This document shows, in pieces, positions 6,559 through 14,934 of a stretch of DNA of 64,000 nt. The notes below the pieces were generated by a model, which was not told where the DNA came from, did no database searches, and saw only the letters and a program-made list of their open reading frames with translations. Numbering within the stretch: the first letter of the stretch is position 1; the number at the start of each line of letters is the position of its first letter. A program made the position numbers and the translations under genes. Origin of the DNA: a virus; the IMG/VR virus record IMGVR_UViG_3300025875_000007, positions 1 to 64,000 of that record; one strand, written 5' to 3'.

Positions 6559-9287
6559 TTTTCCAGTATGAGGATTACATATCGCACTACGGAACTCCTC
6601 GGAAGTCTGGACGATACCCTTGGGGCTCCGGTACGAAAGATGAGAAGATCTATGAGGGAAGTTTTCTAGACATCACGTCTAAGATGGAACGTGATGGCAT
6701 GAAGCCCCTCGAGATCGCAAAAGGGTTCGGTATCACGACGACCCAGCTTCGTGCTCGCAAGACCATCGAGAGCAACGAGCGAAAGAATCAGAAGTTTGCA
6801 GATGTCAAGAAGCTCCATGACAAGCAAATGGGCCCTTCTGCGATTGGTAAGCAGTTAGGTCTTTCTGAGTCTTCTGTTCGCTCTGTGATTGCTTCGATGA
6901 ACAAGGAGCAAAAGGCGAACATCCATACCGTCGCCAAGATTCTTAAAGACGAAGTGGATGAGAAGAAGTACGTTCAGATTGGTACTGGTGTTGAGCATCT
7001 TCCCGTCATGGGCAACATTTCAGCAAACCGTCTGAAGAATGCTGTCGGTATTCTCGAAGAGGATGGCTACACAGTCCATTCTGTACAGGTGGACCAGATT
7101 GGCACTCCTGGACAAAAGACTACCGTTAAGGTTCTTACTCCTCCCGGAACGACGTATCGGGATGTGGACAACAACAAAGAACAAATTCGTCTTCCTGGTA
7201 AGTGGACCGATGATGGTGGCGACACTTTCCACGGTCCCAAGCCTCCTTTGAACATTGACCCTAAGCGGGTTGCGGTTCGATACAAGGAGCAAGGTGGTGA
7301 CGAGGCTGACGGTGTCATCTTTGTTCGTCCTGGCAAAGAAGACATCGCCATTGGCGGAAAGAACTATGCACAGGTTCGTATCGCTGTTGGTGGTACGCAC
7401 TATCTTAAGGGTATGGCCGTTTACAAAGACGACCTGCCTGATGGCGTAGATCTTCTGTTCAATACGAACAAGAGCGATACAGGCAACAAGCTCGACGCCA
7501 TGAAGAAGCAGGAGAAAGATCCGACTACCGCAACAAGGCGGAATCCAGACGGAACGCCCGATTTGGATTCTGCAAAGATTAATGAGACGAATCCCTTCGG
7601 ATCTCAGATTCGTCGGCAGATTCTTGATCTAGAAGGTAAGAAGGCCGTCTCGGCTATGAACCTTCTGGATGAAGAGGGAACTTGGTCTGACTGGAACAAG
7701 TCTCTTTCTTCTCAGGTTCTGTCTAAGCAGTCTCCTGTTCTGGCTAAGCAGCAGCTTGATGTCAAACGTCAGCGTATGAGGGAAGACCTTGACGAGATCA
7801 AGTCTCTGACCAACCCCGTTGTTCGTAAGCACCTTCTTGAGGCCTTTGCTGATGGTGCTGATTCTTCGGCAGTACACCTTGACGCTGCGCACATTCCTCG
7901 TCAGTCAACGCACGTTCTGCTTCCGGTTAAGAGTCTTAAGGCTAGTGAGGTTTACGCACCAAATTACGATGATGGCGAAACGGTTGTTCTGATTCGCTTT
8001 CCTCATGGTGGCAAGTTCGAAATTCCGGAACTCACGGTAAACAACAAGAATCGTGAAGCCATCAAGATGATGGGTAAGCGGCCTCCGGATGCTGTTGGTA
8101 TCAACTCCAAGGTTGCAGAACGACTTTCTGGTGCGGACTTTGATGGGGACACTGTTCTTGTCATTCCGAATAGTCCTAACAACCCTCGTCGTATTCGTAA
8201 CGAGGCAGCACTTAAGTCTTTGCAGGGATTCGATCCTAAGTCATACAAGCTTCCTGATGATGCACCAAAGATGTCTTCGAAGACTAAGGGCATTGAGATG
8301 GGTAAGGTTTCTAACCTTATCACTGACATGACGATTAAGGGTGCCAGCAACGAAGAGCTTGCTCGAGCTGTAAAGCACTCTATGGTAGTCATTGATGCTG
8401 AAAAGCACCATCTCGATTACAACAAGTCTTTTAGAGACCACGCCATTGGGGCTTTGAACGAACGATACATGAATGGGCCTAAGGGTGGAGCTTCGACTCT
8501 GATCTCAAGGGCTACGTCTATGGATCGTGGCGTTGACAAGATGGTTCCTCGTAAGGCATCTGAAGGCGGTCCTATCGATCCTAAGACGGGTCGTAAGATG
8601 CTAGTTCCTGATACCTATCTTACTCGTGATGGTGTTACTATCACTAAGAAGATGGACATTGAAAAGTTAGCGAATACTAATGACGCTTTCTCTTTGGTGT
8701 CTAAGGAACGTACTAAGATCGAGGAAGTTTACGCCGAGCATTCTAATGCTCTTAAAGAGTTTGCTAATGAGGCTCGTAGAGAGGTGTACGCATACAAGCC
8801 TCCTAGAGTAGACCTCAATGCTAAGAAGGTTTATAAGACTGAGGTTGCTAGCCTTGTGTCTAAGCTCAATGTTGCACGAGCTAATAAGCCTTTGGAGAGG
8901 CAGGCTCAACTCTTTGCCAATGCTGTGGTGGCTAAGCAGAAAGAAGCTGATCCCACCATGGATAGGGCTAGGCTTAAGAAGATTGAGGCCCAAGCATTAG
9001 CAACTGCTCGTGCTAGGGTACAGGCTAACAAGCACAAGATTGTACCTACTGATGAAGAGTGGGCCGCCATCCAGGCAAGGGCGGTTACACCTAACCAGCT
9101 TCAGCAGATGCTGTCTAATGCTGACCTAGATGCAGTGCGTACACTTGCTACACCTCGTGCTAGAACGGCTCTATCTCCTGCTAAGATAGCCCGTATCAAT
9201 AGCATGGCTGCACGAGGATTCAATCAGGCTGACATTGCTACTGCTTTGGGCCTATCCCCAGCAGTGGTTAGGGAAGTATTCAACTGA
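6555..9287 (+). CDS. candidate single-subunit two-barrel RNA polymerase (YonO-like) with fused HTH domains
   Basis: aa 279-304, GGTHYLKGMAVYKDDLPDGVDLLFNT, resembles the beta DPBB motif GRHGNKG...DMP..G..DIVLNP. aa 478-537, VLIRFPHGG...AVGINSKVAERLSGADFDGDTVLV, resembles the beta-prime NRAPTLHR...NADFDGDQMAV (ADFDGD at nt 8133-8150). HTH-like segments sit at aa ~50-70, ~92-115 and ~884-906. Confidence 0.6.
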   Translation: MIFQYEDYISHYGTPRKSGRYPWGSGTKDEKIYEGSFLDITSKMERDGMKPLEIAKGFGITTTQLRARKTIESNERKNQKFADVKKLHDKQMGPSAIGKQLGLSESSVRSVIASMNKEQKANIHTVAKILKDEVDEKKYVQIGTGVEHLPVMGNISANRLKNAVGILEEDGYTVHSVQVDQIGTPGQKTTVKVLTPPGTTYRDVDNNKEQIRLPGKWTDDGGDTFHGPKPPLNIDPKRVAVRYKEQGGDEADGVIFVRPGKEDIAIGGKNYAQVRIAVGGTHYLKGMAVYKDDLPDGVDLLFNTNKSDTGNKLDAMKKQEKDPTTATRRNPDGTPDLDSAKINETNPFGSQIRRQILDLEGKKAVSAMNLLDEEGTWSDWNKSLSSQVLSKQSPVLAKQQLDVKRQRMREDLDEIKSLTNPVVRKHLLEAFADGADSSAVHLDAAHIPRQSTHVLLPVKSLKASEVYAPNYDDGETVVLIRFPHGGKFEIPELTVNNKNREAIKMMGKRPPDAVGINSKVAERLSGADFDGDTVLVIPNSPNNPRRIRNEAALKSLQGFDPKSYKLPDDAPKMSSKTKGIEMGKVSNLITDMTIKGASNEELARAVKHSMVVIDAEKHHLDYNKSFRDHAIGALNERYMNGPKGGASTLISRATSMDRGVDKMVPRKASEGGPIDPKTGRKMLVPDTYLTRDGVTITKKMDIEKLANTNDAFSLVSKERTKIEEVYAEHSNALKEFANEARREVYAYKPPRVDLNAKKVYKTEVASLVSKLNVARANKPLERQAQLFANAVVAKQKEADPTMDRARLKKIEAQALATARARVQANKHKIVPTDEEWAAIQARAVTPNQLQQMLSNADLDAVRTLATPRARTALSPAKIARINSMAARGFNQADIATALGLSPAVVREVFN

Positions 9288-9583
9288 TGGAAGGAAGGGT
9301 AATGGCTGATACAGTAATTGAGCAAATGCTTAGCACAGTAGACAACCCATTCAATCCATTCCATCAGTTCAAAGAATGGCATCAATGGGATACACATGCT
9401 GGGTACCACACACTGGGTTACCTAGCCCGCATTGCAGTGGTATCGCCTGATCTGTCAGAGGCTGACTACAATCGTATCGTTGATGATGCAATGGAAGAGA
9501 TTGTAGCAGAGAACCTATATGGTGTGCACTGCAGGGTGACACCACTGACCAAGACACCACTGATGACACAGGCTGCAGCATAG
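9287..9583 (+). CDS. conserved phage protein of unknown function
   Basis: Track ORF coupled to the upstream stop; alternative ATG at 9302 after GGAAGG. I recall the DNPFNPFHQFKEW motif from other Gram-positive phage proteins. Confidence 0.6.
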   Translation: MEGRVMADTVIEQMLSTVDNPFNPFHQFKEWHQWDTHAGYHTLGYLARIAVVSPDLSEADYNRIVDDAMEEIVAENLYGVHCRVTPLTKTPLMTQAAA

Positions 9584-9590
9584 ACACCCC

Positions 9591-9842
9591 CATGCTGTAG
9601 CATGGCATGGCACGCCATGCATAGCACCACCCTTGCTGCCTACCAACCGATGCATACATTGGTCGGTTGGTAGGCAGTCAAGTATTCCTCACACAATTAT
9701 TCATGATGTCGCAATAGACGACGCAATTAATTATGAATAGTTGTGTGAGGAATACATGGCCTCTCGCCGTTTGCAACTTAACGGACACATCGGACATATG
9801 AGATAGGGGGGGGAGGGGGGTCTTCGCAAACCCACCCCCCTC
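9591..9842. repeat. cluster of five inverted repeats/hairpins in a non-coding gap
   Basis: CATGCT-GT-AGCATG at 9591-9604. GCATGGC-AC-GCCATGC at 9605-9620. 15-bp stem CTGCCTACCAACCGA/TCGGTTGGTAGGCAG at 9636-9677. 23-nt arms (22/23) at 9682-9704 and 9733-9755. G-run/C-run hairpin GAGGGGGG/CCCCCCTC at 9813-9842. Confidence 0.6.
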
Positions 9843-9935
9843 TTCCATCGCTGCCCTCCTATATTTTCCCCCGGCGGGAATTTTCGTGGGAGGTTTTCAT
9901 GATCATCTTCGGCGGGGTGCCTCAGGAGACAACCC

Positions 9936-10100
9936 ATGGACAAGCACTACCTAGCCCATCTACTTGAGATGTATCCCGTCGAGCACTTCCGAAGTCGCCT
10001 GAGTGAAGTCGTGGCCGTCTCGGATGCTAAGAAGCTCGGGGCCCGAAAGCAGTATGAGAAGAACAGGCAACGGAGGAGCCGCGACAGTGAGCATCGCTGA
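9936..10100 (+). CDS. small basic protein (54 aa), hypothetical
   Basis: ATG 9936 to TGA 10098-10100: MDKHYLAHLLEMYPVEHFRSRLSEVVAVSDAKKLGARKQYEKNRQRRSRDSEHR. It is below the track size cutoff. Confidence 0.35.
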   Translation: MDKHYLAHLLEMYPVEHFRSRLSEVVAVSDAKKLGARKQYEKNRQRRSRDSEHR

Positions 10101-10551
10101 TCCAGTTAGAGTAGAAGCGTTGCATAAGTCTGGTCTCTTACGTCATGACTTAGGTAAGCGCCTTGACATCCTGTGCGAAACCGCAACCGAGCTTGTAGGA
10201 TGTCCTGTCTCCTACATCAACCTTCTTGACAAAGAGCAGCAGTACACTGTTGGTAGCTATCCACCAAGGGTTCGCAAAAGCAGCAAGGTAGAAACTACCG
10301 GTTGTGAAGAAGTGATCGCTTCAAAGAATGTCGTCAACGTACCAGACACTCGTTTGCATCCTGTAATGTGTATGCGAGAGTTCGTGACCGTTGCGGGTAT
10401 GTTGGCCTACCTCGGTGTTCCAGTTCTTTATGGAAAGCAAGTGGTTGGATCGTTCTGTGCGTTGGACTATGAGCCACGCGAATGGGCGTTCTGGCAAGTC
10501 GAGGCTCTTAAGGGTCTCGCAAGTTTAACATCAGCCGCCGCGCTGAGATAG
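10087..10551 (+). CDS. stand-alone GAF-domain protein
   Basis: DPVRVEALHKSGLL...LDILCETATELVGCPVSYINLLDKEQQYTVGS...VPDTRLHP...YLGVPVLYGKQVVGSFCALDYEPREW follows the bacterial GAF pattern. GTG 10087 lies 9 nt after GGAGGA; the track ORF opens at 10003. Confidence 0.7.
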   Translation: MSIADPVRVEALHKSGLLRHDLGKRLDILCETATELVGCPVSYINLLDKEQQYTVGSYPPRVRKSSKVETTGCEEVIASKNVVNVPDTRLHPVMCMREFVTVAGMLAYLGVPVLYGKQVVGSFCALDYEPREWAFWQVEALKGLASLTSAAALR

Positions 10552-10572
10552 TCTAACGAACGGAGGCATTTC

Positions 10573-10962
10573 ATGCAGCATCTCCCCCTCATCAAGTTTG
10601 CATTTGTCGCTGCGGAAACTGCCCCTGCTACAGGGATGGGCTTCGATGCGATTGGTCCTTTTGTCAACGTCGGCATCGTCGGCATTATCCTGCTGTGTCT
10701 AGTCTTCAAGAAGTTCTTCGTCCCCGAGTGGGTACTTAAGGATGCAGAGGCCCGCCACCAAAGAGAGCGAGAAGAGAAAGACACTCGCCATGCACAAGAG
10801 ATGGCGGCTAAAGACGCCGACATCACTGAGCTTAAGAAGATGGTGGCAGACGGAGCAAAGCAACTTAACGACCAGGTCATCCCGGCCTTCACTCGGAGCA
10901 TTGACGTTAACCGGGAGTATGTAGAGCTTCTTCGGACTCGACGCTTACCACACGAGGGGTGA
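10573..10962 (+). CDS. membrane protein (1 TM + coiled coil), lysis-module-type
   Basis: TM VNVGIVGIILLCLVF followed by FVPEWVLKDAEARH...QVIPAFTRS. I recall this pattern from actinophage lysis-cassette membrane proteins. Confidence 0.55.
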   Translation: MQHLPLIKFAFVAAETAPATGMGFDAIGPFVNVGIVGIILLCLVFKKFFVPEWVLKDAEARHQREREEKDTRHAQEMAAKDADITELKKMVADGAKQLNDQVIPAFTRSIDVNREYVELLRTRRLPHEG

Positions 10963-10967
10963 ACGTC

Positions 10968-11138
10968 ATGAGTCAAGATCCGGAAGTAATGCGGCTCGCT
11001 GCCACAACAGCTCGAGCCTATGCAGTAGCTGAGCGCCTCGTTAATGAGCTTGACAAAACAGTCACCACATTGCAGTCGTTCATGAGAGATAAACCGCCAG
11101 TGTTCGAACCGTACCCCAAGGAAGGAGGAGCCGCATGA
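10968..11138 (+). CDS. small hypothetical protein (56 aa)
   Basis: ATG 10968; the stop overlaps the next ATG (ATGA at 11135). It is below the track cutoff. Confidence 0.4.
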   Translation: MSQDPEVMRLAATTARAYAVAERLVNELDKTVTTLQSFMRDKPPVFEPYPKEGGAA

Positions 11139-11698
11139 GCAGTGATGACCGAAACATGGAAGATCGCGTCACATCGCTAGAGCGGTTCGCGGAAGCAGTT
11201 ACGATTCGACAGGATGGCGAAGACCAACTCCAAGAGGGTGTTAGTCGCCTGTCTGACGAGACGAGCGCATTAACGTTGCTTTTGACTAAGGTCGACAGTC
11301 AGCAGCAACAGTTATCTGCGATCGATCGACGCACCGAGTTGGTAGAGGAAACTGCGGTTAGTCGTGATGAGCTGATTAACGCCCACGACGAGCAAGAGCA
11401 GCTTGCTCTTGATTTCCGCAAGCAGACATTAAAGCGTATCTATCTAACCGGAATGTCCATTGGACTTATCCTGTTTACTGGTATCGGTACTTTCCTGTGG
11501 GTGGACGACAAGAATACTAAAGCCACTTACAAACTCTGCATGGAGCGGAATGAAGAGGGCGACATCCTCCACGACATTCTGGTTGGACTGACTAAGGATG
11601 TTCCGCCGGAGGCACAGCAGCGGGAAGACATTATGGTCATTCGAGAAGGCATTCAGCGACTCGAAGATAAGATCGTAGATTGCGAGGCTATTTTTTAA
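11135..11698 (+). CDS. coiled-coil protein with a TM segment
   Basis: GGAGGAG RBS. A long heptad-like N-terminal half, then TM IYLTGMSIGLILFTGIGTFLWV. Confidence 0.6.
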   Translation: MSSDDRNMEDRVTSLERFAEAVTIRQDGEDQLQEGVSRLSDETSALTLLLTKVDSQQQQLSAIDRRTELVEETAVSRDELINAHDEQEQLALDFRKQTLKRIYLTGMSIGLILFTGIGTFLWVDDKNTKATYKLCMERNEEGDILHDILVGLTKDVPPEAQQREDIMVIREGIQRLEDKIVDCEAIF

Positions 11699-12045
11699 TG
11701 GACTTTGTCGATTTGTTCAAGTGGCTTGTCATCGGAAACGGTGTGGTCTTAGCCGTTCAGGCCCTTCGAGTGGTTTCTGTCTATAGTAGCGTCTACTCGC
11801 TTAGTCCGAAAGACTGGCGGAAGCAGCTTCCTCTGCACGTTTGGTTGATGGCGCTGTCATTCTTTATCTACGTCGCCACCAGTAGTGTCTACCTTGCCAT
11901 TCGACAGGACCAGGAGCTTGTTCGAGTTCTGGCCTATGGTCTTGCTGGAGCTATTGCGCAGTACGGGCTCTGGAATGTTCTCAAGTACGATAGGCGACGC
12001 TACAGCAAGGTCACGAACTTTCAGGATCCGTACATCGAGCCGTAG
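11698..12045 (+). CDS. membrane protein (3 TM), holin-like topology
   Basis: The ATG overlaps the upstream TAA. Three hydrophobic helices. It sits directly upstream of a lysin candidate. Confidence 0.5.
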   Translation: MDFVDLFKWLVIGNGVVLAVQALRVVSVYSSVYSLSPKDWRKQLPLHVWLMALSFFIYVATSSVYLAIRQDQELVRVLAYGLAGAIAQYGLWNVLKYDRRRYSKVTNFQDPYIEP

Positions 12046-12057
12046 GGAGGAGGACGA

Positions 12058-12744
12058 ATGTCCGACCTTGATATTGAGATCGTAAACCAGAAGTATCCTC
12101 AGCTTGGACGCATCAAGGTTCACGATCCAGCGTCTAAGGGTTTCCCTATGTTAGCCACAGTCAACAGGGATCTGTGGAAGACCAAGCTAAACAGGATCTA
12201 TGATCCGCGCACCAACCCGAATCAGTGTCACGGCGAGTGCACAGGTTGCGCAAACGCAATGATGCTGAATTCGGCAGGCAACCGAGTGACCGGTCAAGTT
12301 CTAGGCATGGACTATGCCCACAAGGTATATTCCGATGCCAGCGCCAACGACCCCTTCGAGGGAGCGTGGCCTCCTACCGATACGGGTTCTTCGGGTATTG
12401 CTGCAGCAAAGGCTGCCCAGAAGTTCGGTATGGGTGGAGAGTATCGCTGGATCTTCGGCGGAGCTGACGGAGTAATCGAGGCCGTTATGAGCGGTCGAGT
12501 CGTTAGCGCTGGTACCTGGTGGCACGAGGGTATGATGGAGCGCGACGACAAACTCTTCATTCATCCGACCGGCCCTCGGGTTGGTGGACACCAGTTTGTT
12601 ATCCGTGGGTACAACAAGCCCATGGACGCTGCTGTTATTCGTTGTTGGTGGGGCGGGTTCCGGGATGCTTATCTTCTGCGACCGGTTCTAGACGATCTTC
12701 TTCGCGCTGGTGGAGACGCCCACGTTCAGGATAGGAAATTCTAA
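12058..12744 (+). CDS. putative papain-like cysteine peptidase (endolysin candidate)
   Basis: GGAGGAGGA RBS. NPNQCHGECTGCANAMMLNS gives the Q...C nucleophile context and GGHQFVIRGYN a downstream His. Its position is in the lysis block. Confidence 0.4.
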   Translation: MSDLDIEIVNQKYPQLGRIKVHDPASKGFPMLATVNRDLWKTKLNRIYDPRTNPNQCHGECTGCANAMMLNSAGNRVTGQVLGMDYAHKVYSDASANDPFEGAWPPTDTGSSGIAAAKAAQKFGMGGEYRWIFGGADGVIEAVMSGRVVSAGTWWHEGMMERDDKLFIHPTGPRVGGHQFVIRGYNKPMDAAVIRCWWGGFRDAYLLRPVLDDLLRAGGDAHVQDRKF

Positions 12745-13214
12745 TGACTGAGTCTTCGCTTCTTTCAACCCTGCAGCATTCTCGTCGAGTGGACGAGCTT
12801 CTTCTTCAGCTGGTCATTGATATTCAGGGACGAATCACAAAGCATGACCAGTCGAAGATGGAAGATCCAGAGCTTGAGACTTTCGACAAGTTCAGCCCAA
12901 GGCTGAAGACCAGTACGTACGGCTCGGAGGAGTACAAGGGCTTTCTTCGGGAGATGAAGCCAGCTCTTGACCATCACTATGCGAACAACCGTCACCACCC
13001 CGAGCATTTTCCTAACGGTGTAGACGGCATGACGCTGGTGGATCTCGTTGAGATGCTGGCGGACTGGAAGGCAGCAACAGAGCGTCACGACGATGGAGAT
13101 CTCGAGAAGTCTTTCGAGATTCAGCAAGAGCGCTTTGGTATTTCGGAGCAGTTAGTCTCAATCCTTCGGAACACGGCAAAGGAAGCGGGCTGGCTAGCTA
13201 AGAAAAGTGTGTAG
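12744..13214 (+). CDS. HD-like metal-dependent hydrolase family protein (function unknown)
   Basis: Motifs KHDQSKM ... HHYANNRHHPEHF ... DLVEMLADW. Confidence 0.4.
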   Translation: MTESSLLSTLQHSRRVDELLLQLVIDIQGRITKHDQSKMEDPELETFDKFSPRLKTSTYGSEEYKGFLREMKPALDHHYANNRHHPEHFPNGVDGMTLVDLVEMLADWKAATERHDDGDLEKSFEIQQERFGISEQLVSILRNTAKEAGWLAKKSV

Positions 13215-13240
13215 GAACTCACCAGAAGGGAGTATAAACC

Positions 13241-13597
13241 GTGGCCACACGCCAAACAAATCATCCGAACGCTAGTAGAACTGCCCGGCGACCGGCCACA
13301 ACTCCCGAGGCTCGTGAGCATCAACTCATCTCGGCGGCGGTTGATCTAGCCGCCAAGCAGATTGCCGACGGAACAGCCTCGTCTCAGGTTATTACGCACT
13401 TTCTAAAGCAGGGCTCCATATCTGAGCAGCTGGCGCAAGAGAAAGCCCGACAGGATATTCGCCTGGCCGAGGCAAAGATCGAAGCGATGGCCTCAGCTAA
13501 GCGAGTCGAAGAGATGTACGGCGAAGCTCTTGCCGCTATGCGTGCTTATGGTGGCCACGAGCCCCTTCCTCAGCCGGAGTTCGACTATGACGATTAA
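13241..13597 (+). CDS. hypothetical helical protein (weak small-terminase-like candidate)
   Basis: GTG after GGGAG. The segment SSQVITHFLKQGSISEQLAQEKARQDIRLAEAKIEAM reminds me of small terminase subunits of Gram-positive phages. It is adjacent to an HNH gene. Confidence 0.5.
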   Translation: MATRQTNHPNASRTARRPATTPEAREHQLISAAVDLAAKQIADGTASSQVITHFLKQGSISEQLAQEKARQDIRLAEAKIEAMASAKRVEEMYGEALAAMRAYGGHEPLPQPEFDYDD

Positions 13598-14000
13598 AAC
13601 ATATACAGAGCTCGACGAGCTAGACACCTTTGAGGAGCGCTTTCGATATTTGGCGCTTCATGGAGATGTTGGTCGATCAACCTTTGGTTTTGATCGTCAT
13701 ATTAACCAACAATTCTACACCTCAAGACAGTGGCGTCAGATTCGACACCACGTCATTGCTCGAGATCTAGGTTGTGATCTCGGGGTTCATGGATACGATA
13801 TTCACGGACAGCTGTTGATCCATCATATCAATCCGCTAAGGCCCGAGGACATTGTCCATGCCAATCCGGATATTCTGGATCCTGAATTCTTGATTACTAC
13901 AACTCAAAGAACGCACAACGCCATTCACTTTGGTGACGAGAGACAACTTCCCCGGCCTCTCGCCTCAAGGCGACCTGGCGACACAACACCCTGGAAATAA
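13587..14000 (+). CDS. HNH endonuclease
   Basis: RQWRQIRHHVIARDLGCDLG...LIHHINPL...THNAIH. ATG 13587 overlaps the upstream stop; the track ORF opens at 13530. Confidence 0.8.
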   Translation: MTIKTYTELDELDTFEERFRYLALHGDVGRSTFGFDRHINQQFYTSRQWRQIRHHVIARDLGCDLGVHGYDIHGQLLIHHINPLRPEDIVHANPDILDPEFLITTTQRTHNAIHFGDERQLPRPLASRRPGDTTPWK

Positions 14001-14009
14001 GGAGAGAAC

Positions 14010-14543
14010 ATGGCTACGAAGGACACTGACAAGGACGCTCCGAAGGTTTCCGAGGAGTCCAAGCCTACCGAGGATTCCCCGGTTACTGAGGACACCCAGG
14101 TCGTTACTCCTGAGGCTCCCACGGTCGAGGAGACCCCGAAGGGTCTTCAGGACCTGGAGAACGTTAACGCTTCAGATGTTCCGAACCCCGACACCGAGGA
14201 CGTTCTTAAGGCTCATGACCAGAACGTTGCCAGGGCTACGGCACAGGATGCTCCCGCTATGGGTGTGCCGATGGGTGCTGTGAACGAGGCAGAGCCGACG
14301 GCGACGGAGAACCGTTTCTCGGGTCTTTACCCGAACAACACCTACCCGCTGGTTGATGGTGCGCTCGACGAGGTTCAGGAGAAGCGTAAGCAGGCTCGCG
14401 ATGAGGGTGCTCGTACTCGTCGTGTTTCTGATGACGCCACTCCGAGGGCTCCTCACCCGCCGCTCGCGGAGAAGTTCACGACGAACGACCATGCGGTTCC
14501 TCGCGCTGAGGCTGAGGCCGAGGCTGAGGACGTCGTCGCATAA
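14010..14543 (+). CDS. acidic Pro/Glu/Thr-rich protein, hypothetical
   Basis: Track ORF with an AAGGAGAGA RBS. Confidence 0.6.
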   Translation: MATKDTDKDAPKVSEESKPTEDSPVTEDTQVVTPEAPTVEETPKGLQDLENVNASDVPNPDTEDVLKAHDQNVARATAQDAPAMGVPMGAVNEAEPTATENRFSGLYPNNTYPLVDGALDEVQEKRKQARDEGARTRRVSDDATPRAPHPPLAEKFTTNDHAVPRAEAEAEAEDVVA

Positions 14544-14579
14544 TAGGTAGTACTCGGAAACTTCTAATAGGAGAAGACT

Positions 14580-14789
14580 ATGTCTAAGAAGTCTGAAGAG
14601 CGACCTCGCGAGAGTGCCCCTCCCGCCAGCGGACCTGTCTCTGCAGTTCCCACCCCCGATGTTCCAACTGCGGCTGCGCCTGTCTCGGCAGCTCCCACCC
14701 CGGATGTTATGGCTGAGCCGAAGAACACTCAGTCTAAGTCTAAGTCTACGTCTAAGTCGACGTCTAAGACTAAGTCTGATTCCGACTGA
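14580..14789 (+). CDS. low-complexity protein (PV/PT repeats plus (S/T)KS repeats)
   Basis: AGGAGAAGA RBS. APVSA(V/A)PTPDV is duplicated. The tail is SKSKSTSKSTSKTKSDSD. Confidence 0.5.
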   Translation: MSKKSEERPRESAPPASGPVSAVPTPDVPTAAAPVSAAPTPDVMAEPKNTQSKSKSTSKSTSKTKSDSD

Positions 14790-14811
14790 CGTTTTACCAA
14801 AGGAGATATCC

Positions 14812-14934
14812 ATGAGCGACAATGATCTTATTACACCAATTTATGATGAGCTCAATGAGGATAATCGAGCGGAGCCGCTTGACGCGGAGGTTCAGCATCT
14901 GGCAACCCCACAAGAGGTAGGTGACGAAGAATGA
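14812..14934 (+). CDS. small acidic protein (40 aa)
   Basis: AAAGGAGA RBS then ATG 14812. The upstream part of track ORF 14614.. is a frame shadow. Confidence 0.4.
   Translation: MSDNDLITPIYDELNEDNRAEPLDAEVQHLATPQEVGDEE

Noticed and set aside
9709-9736. Seventeenth promoter-motif copy (TCGCA-N14-TAATTA-TGA) in the loop of the 23-nt-arm inverted repeat.
   Set aside because: Both the TCGCG box and the hexamer are degenerate. I mention it only as a weak candidate under the 9.6-kb gap finding.
9806-9820. G8AG6 run as a G-quadruplex.
   Set aside because: Only two G-tracts are present locally. A simple hairpin with the downstream C-run (9835-9842) is the more economical reading.
9731-9943. 70-aa minus-strand ORF in the hairpin-rich gap.
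   Set aside because: It has a TTG start and no RBS. It spans the poly-G/poly-C hairpin and one arm of an inverted repeat, and its low-complexity translation is repeat-driven.
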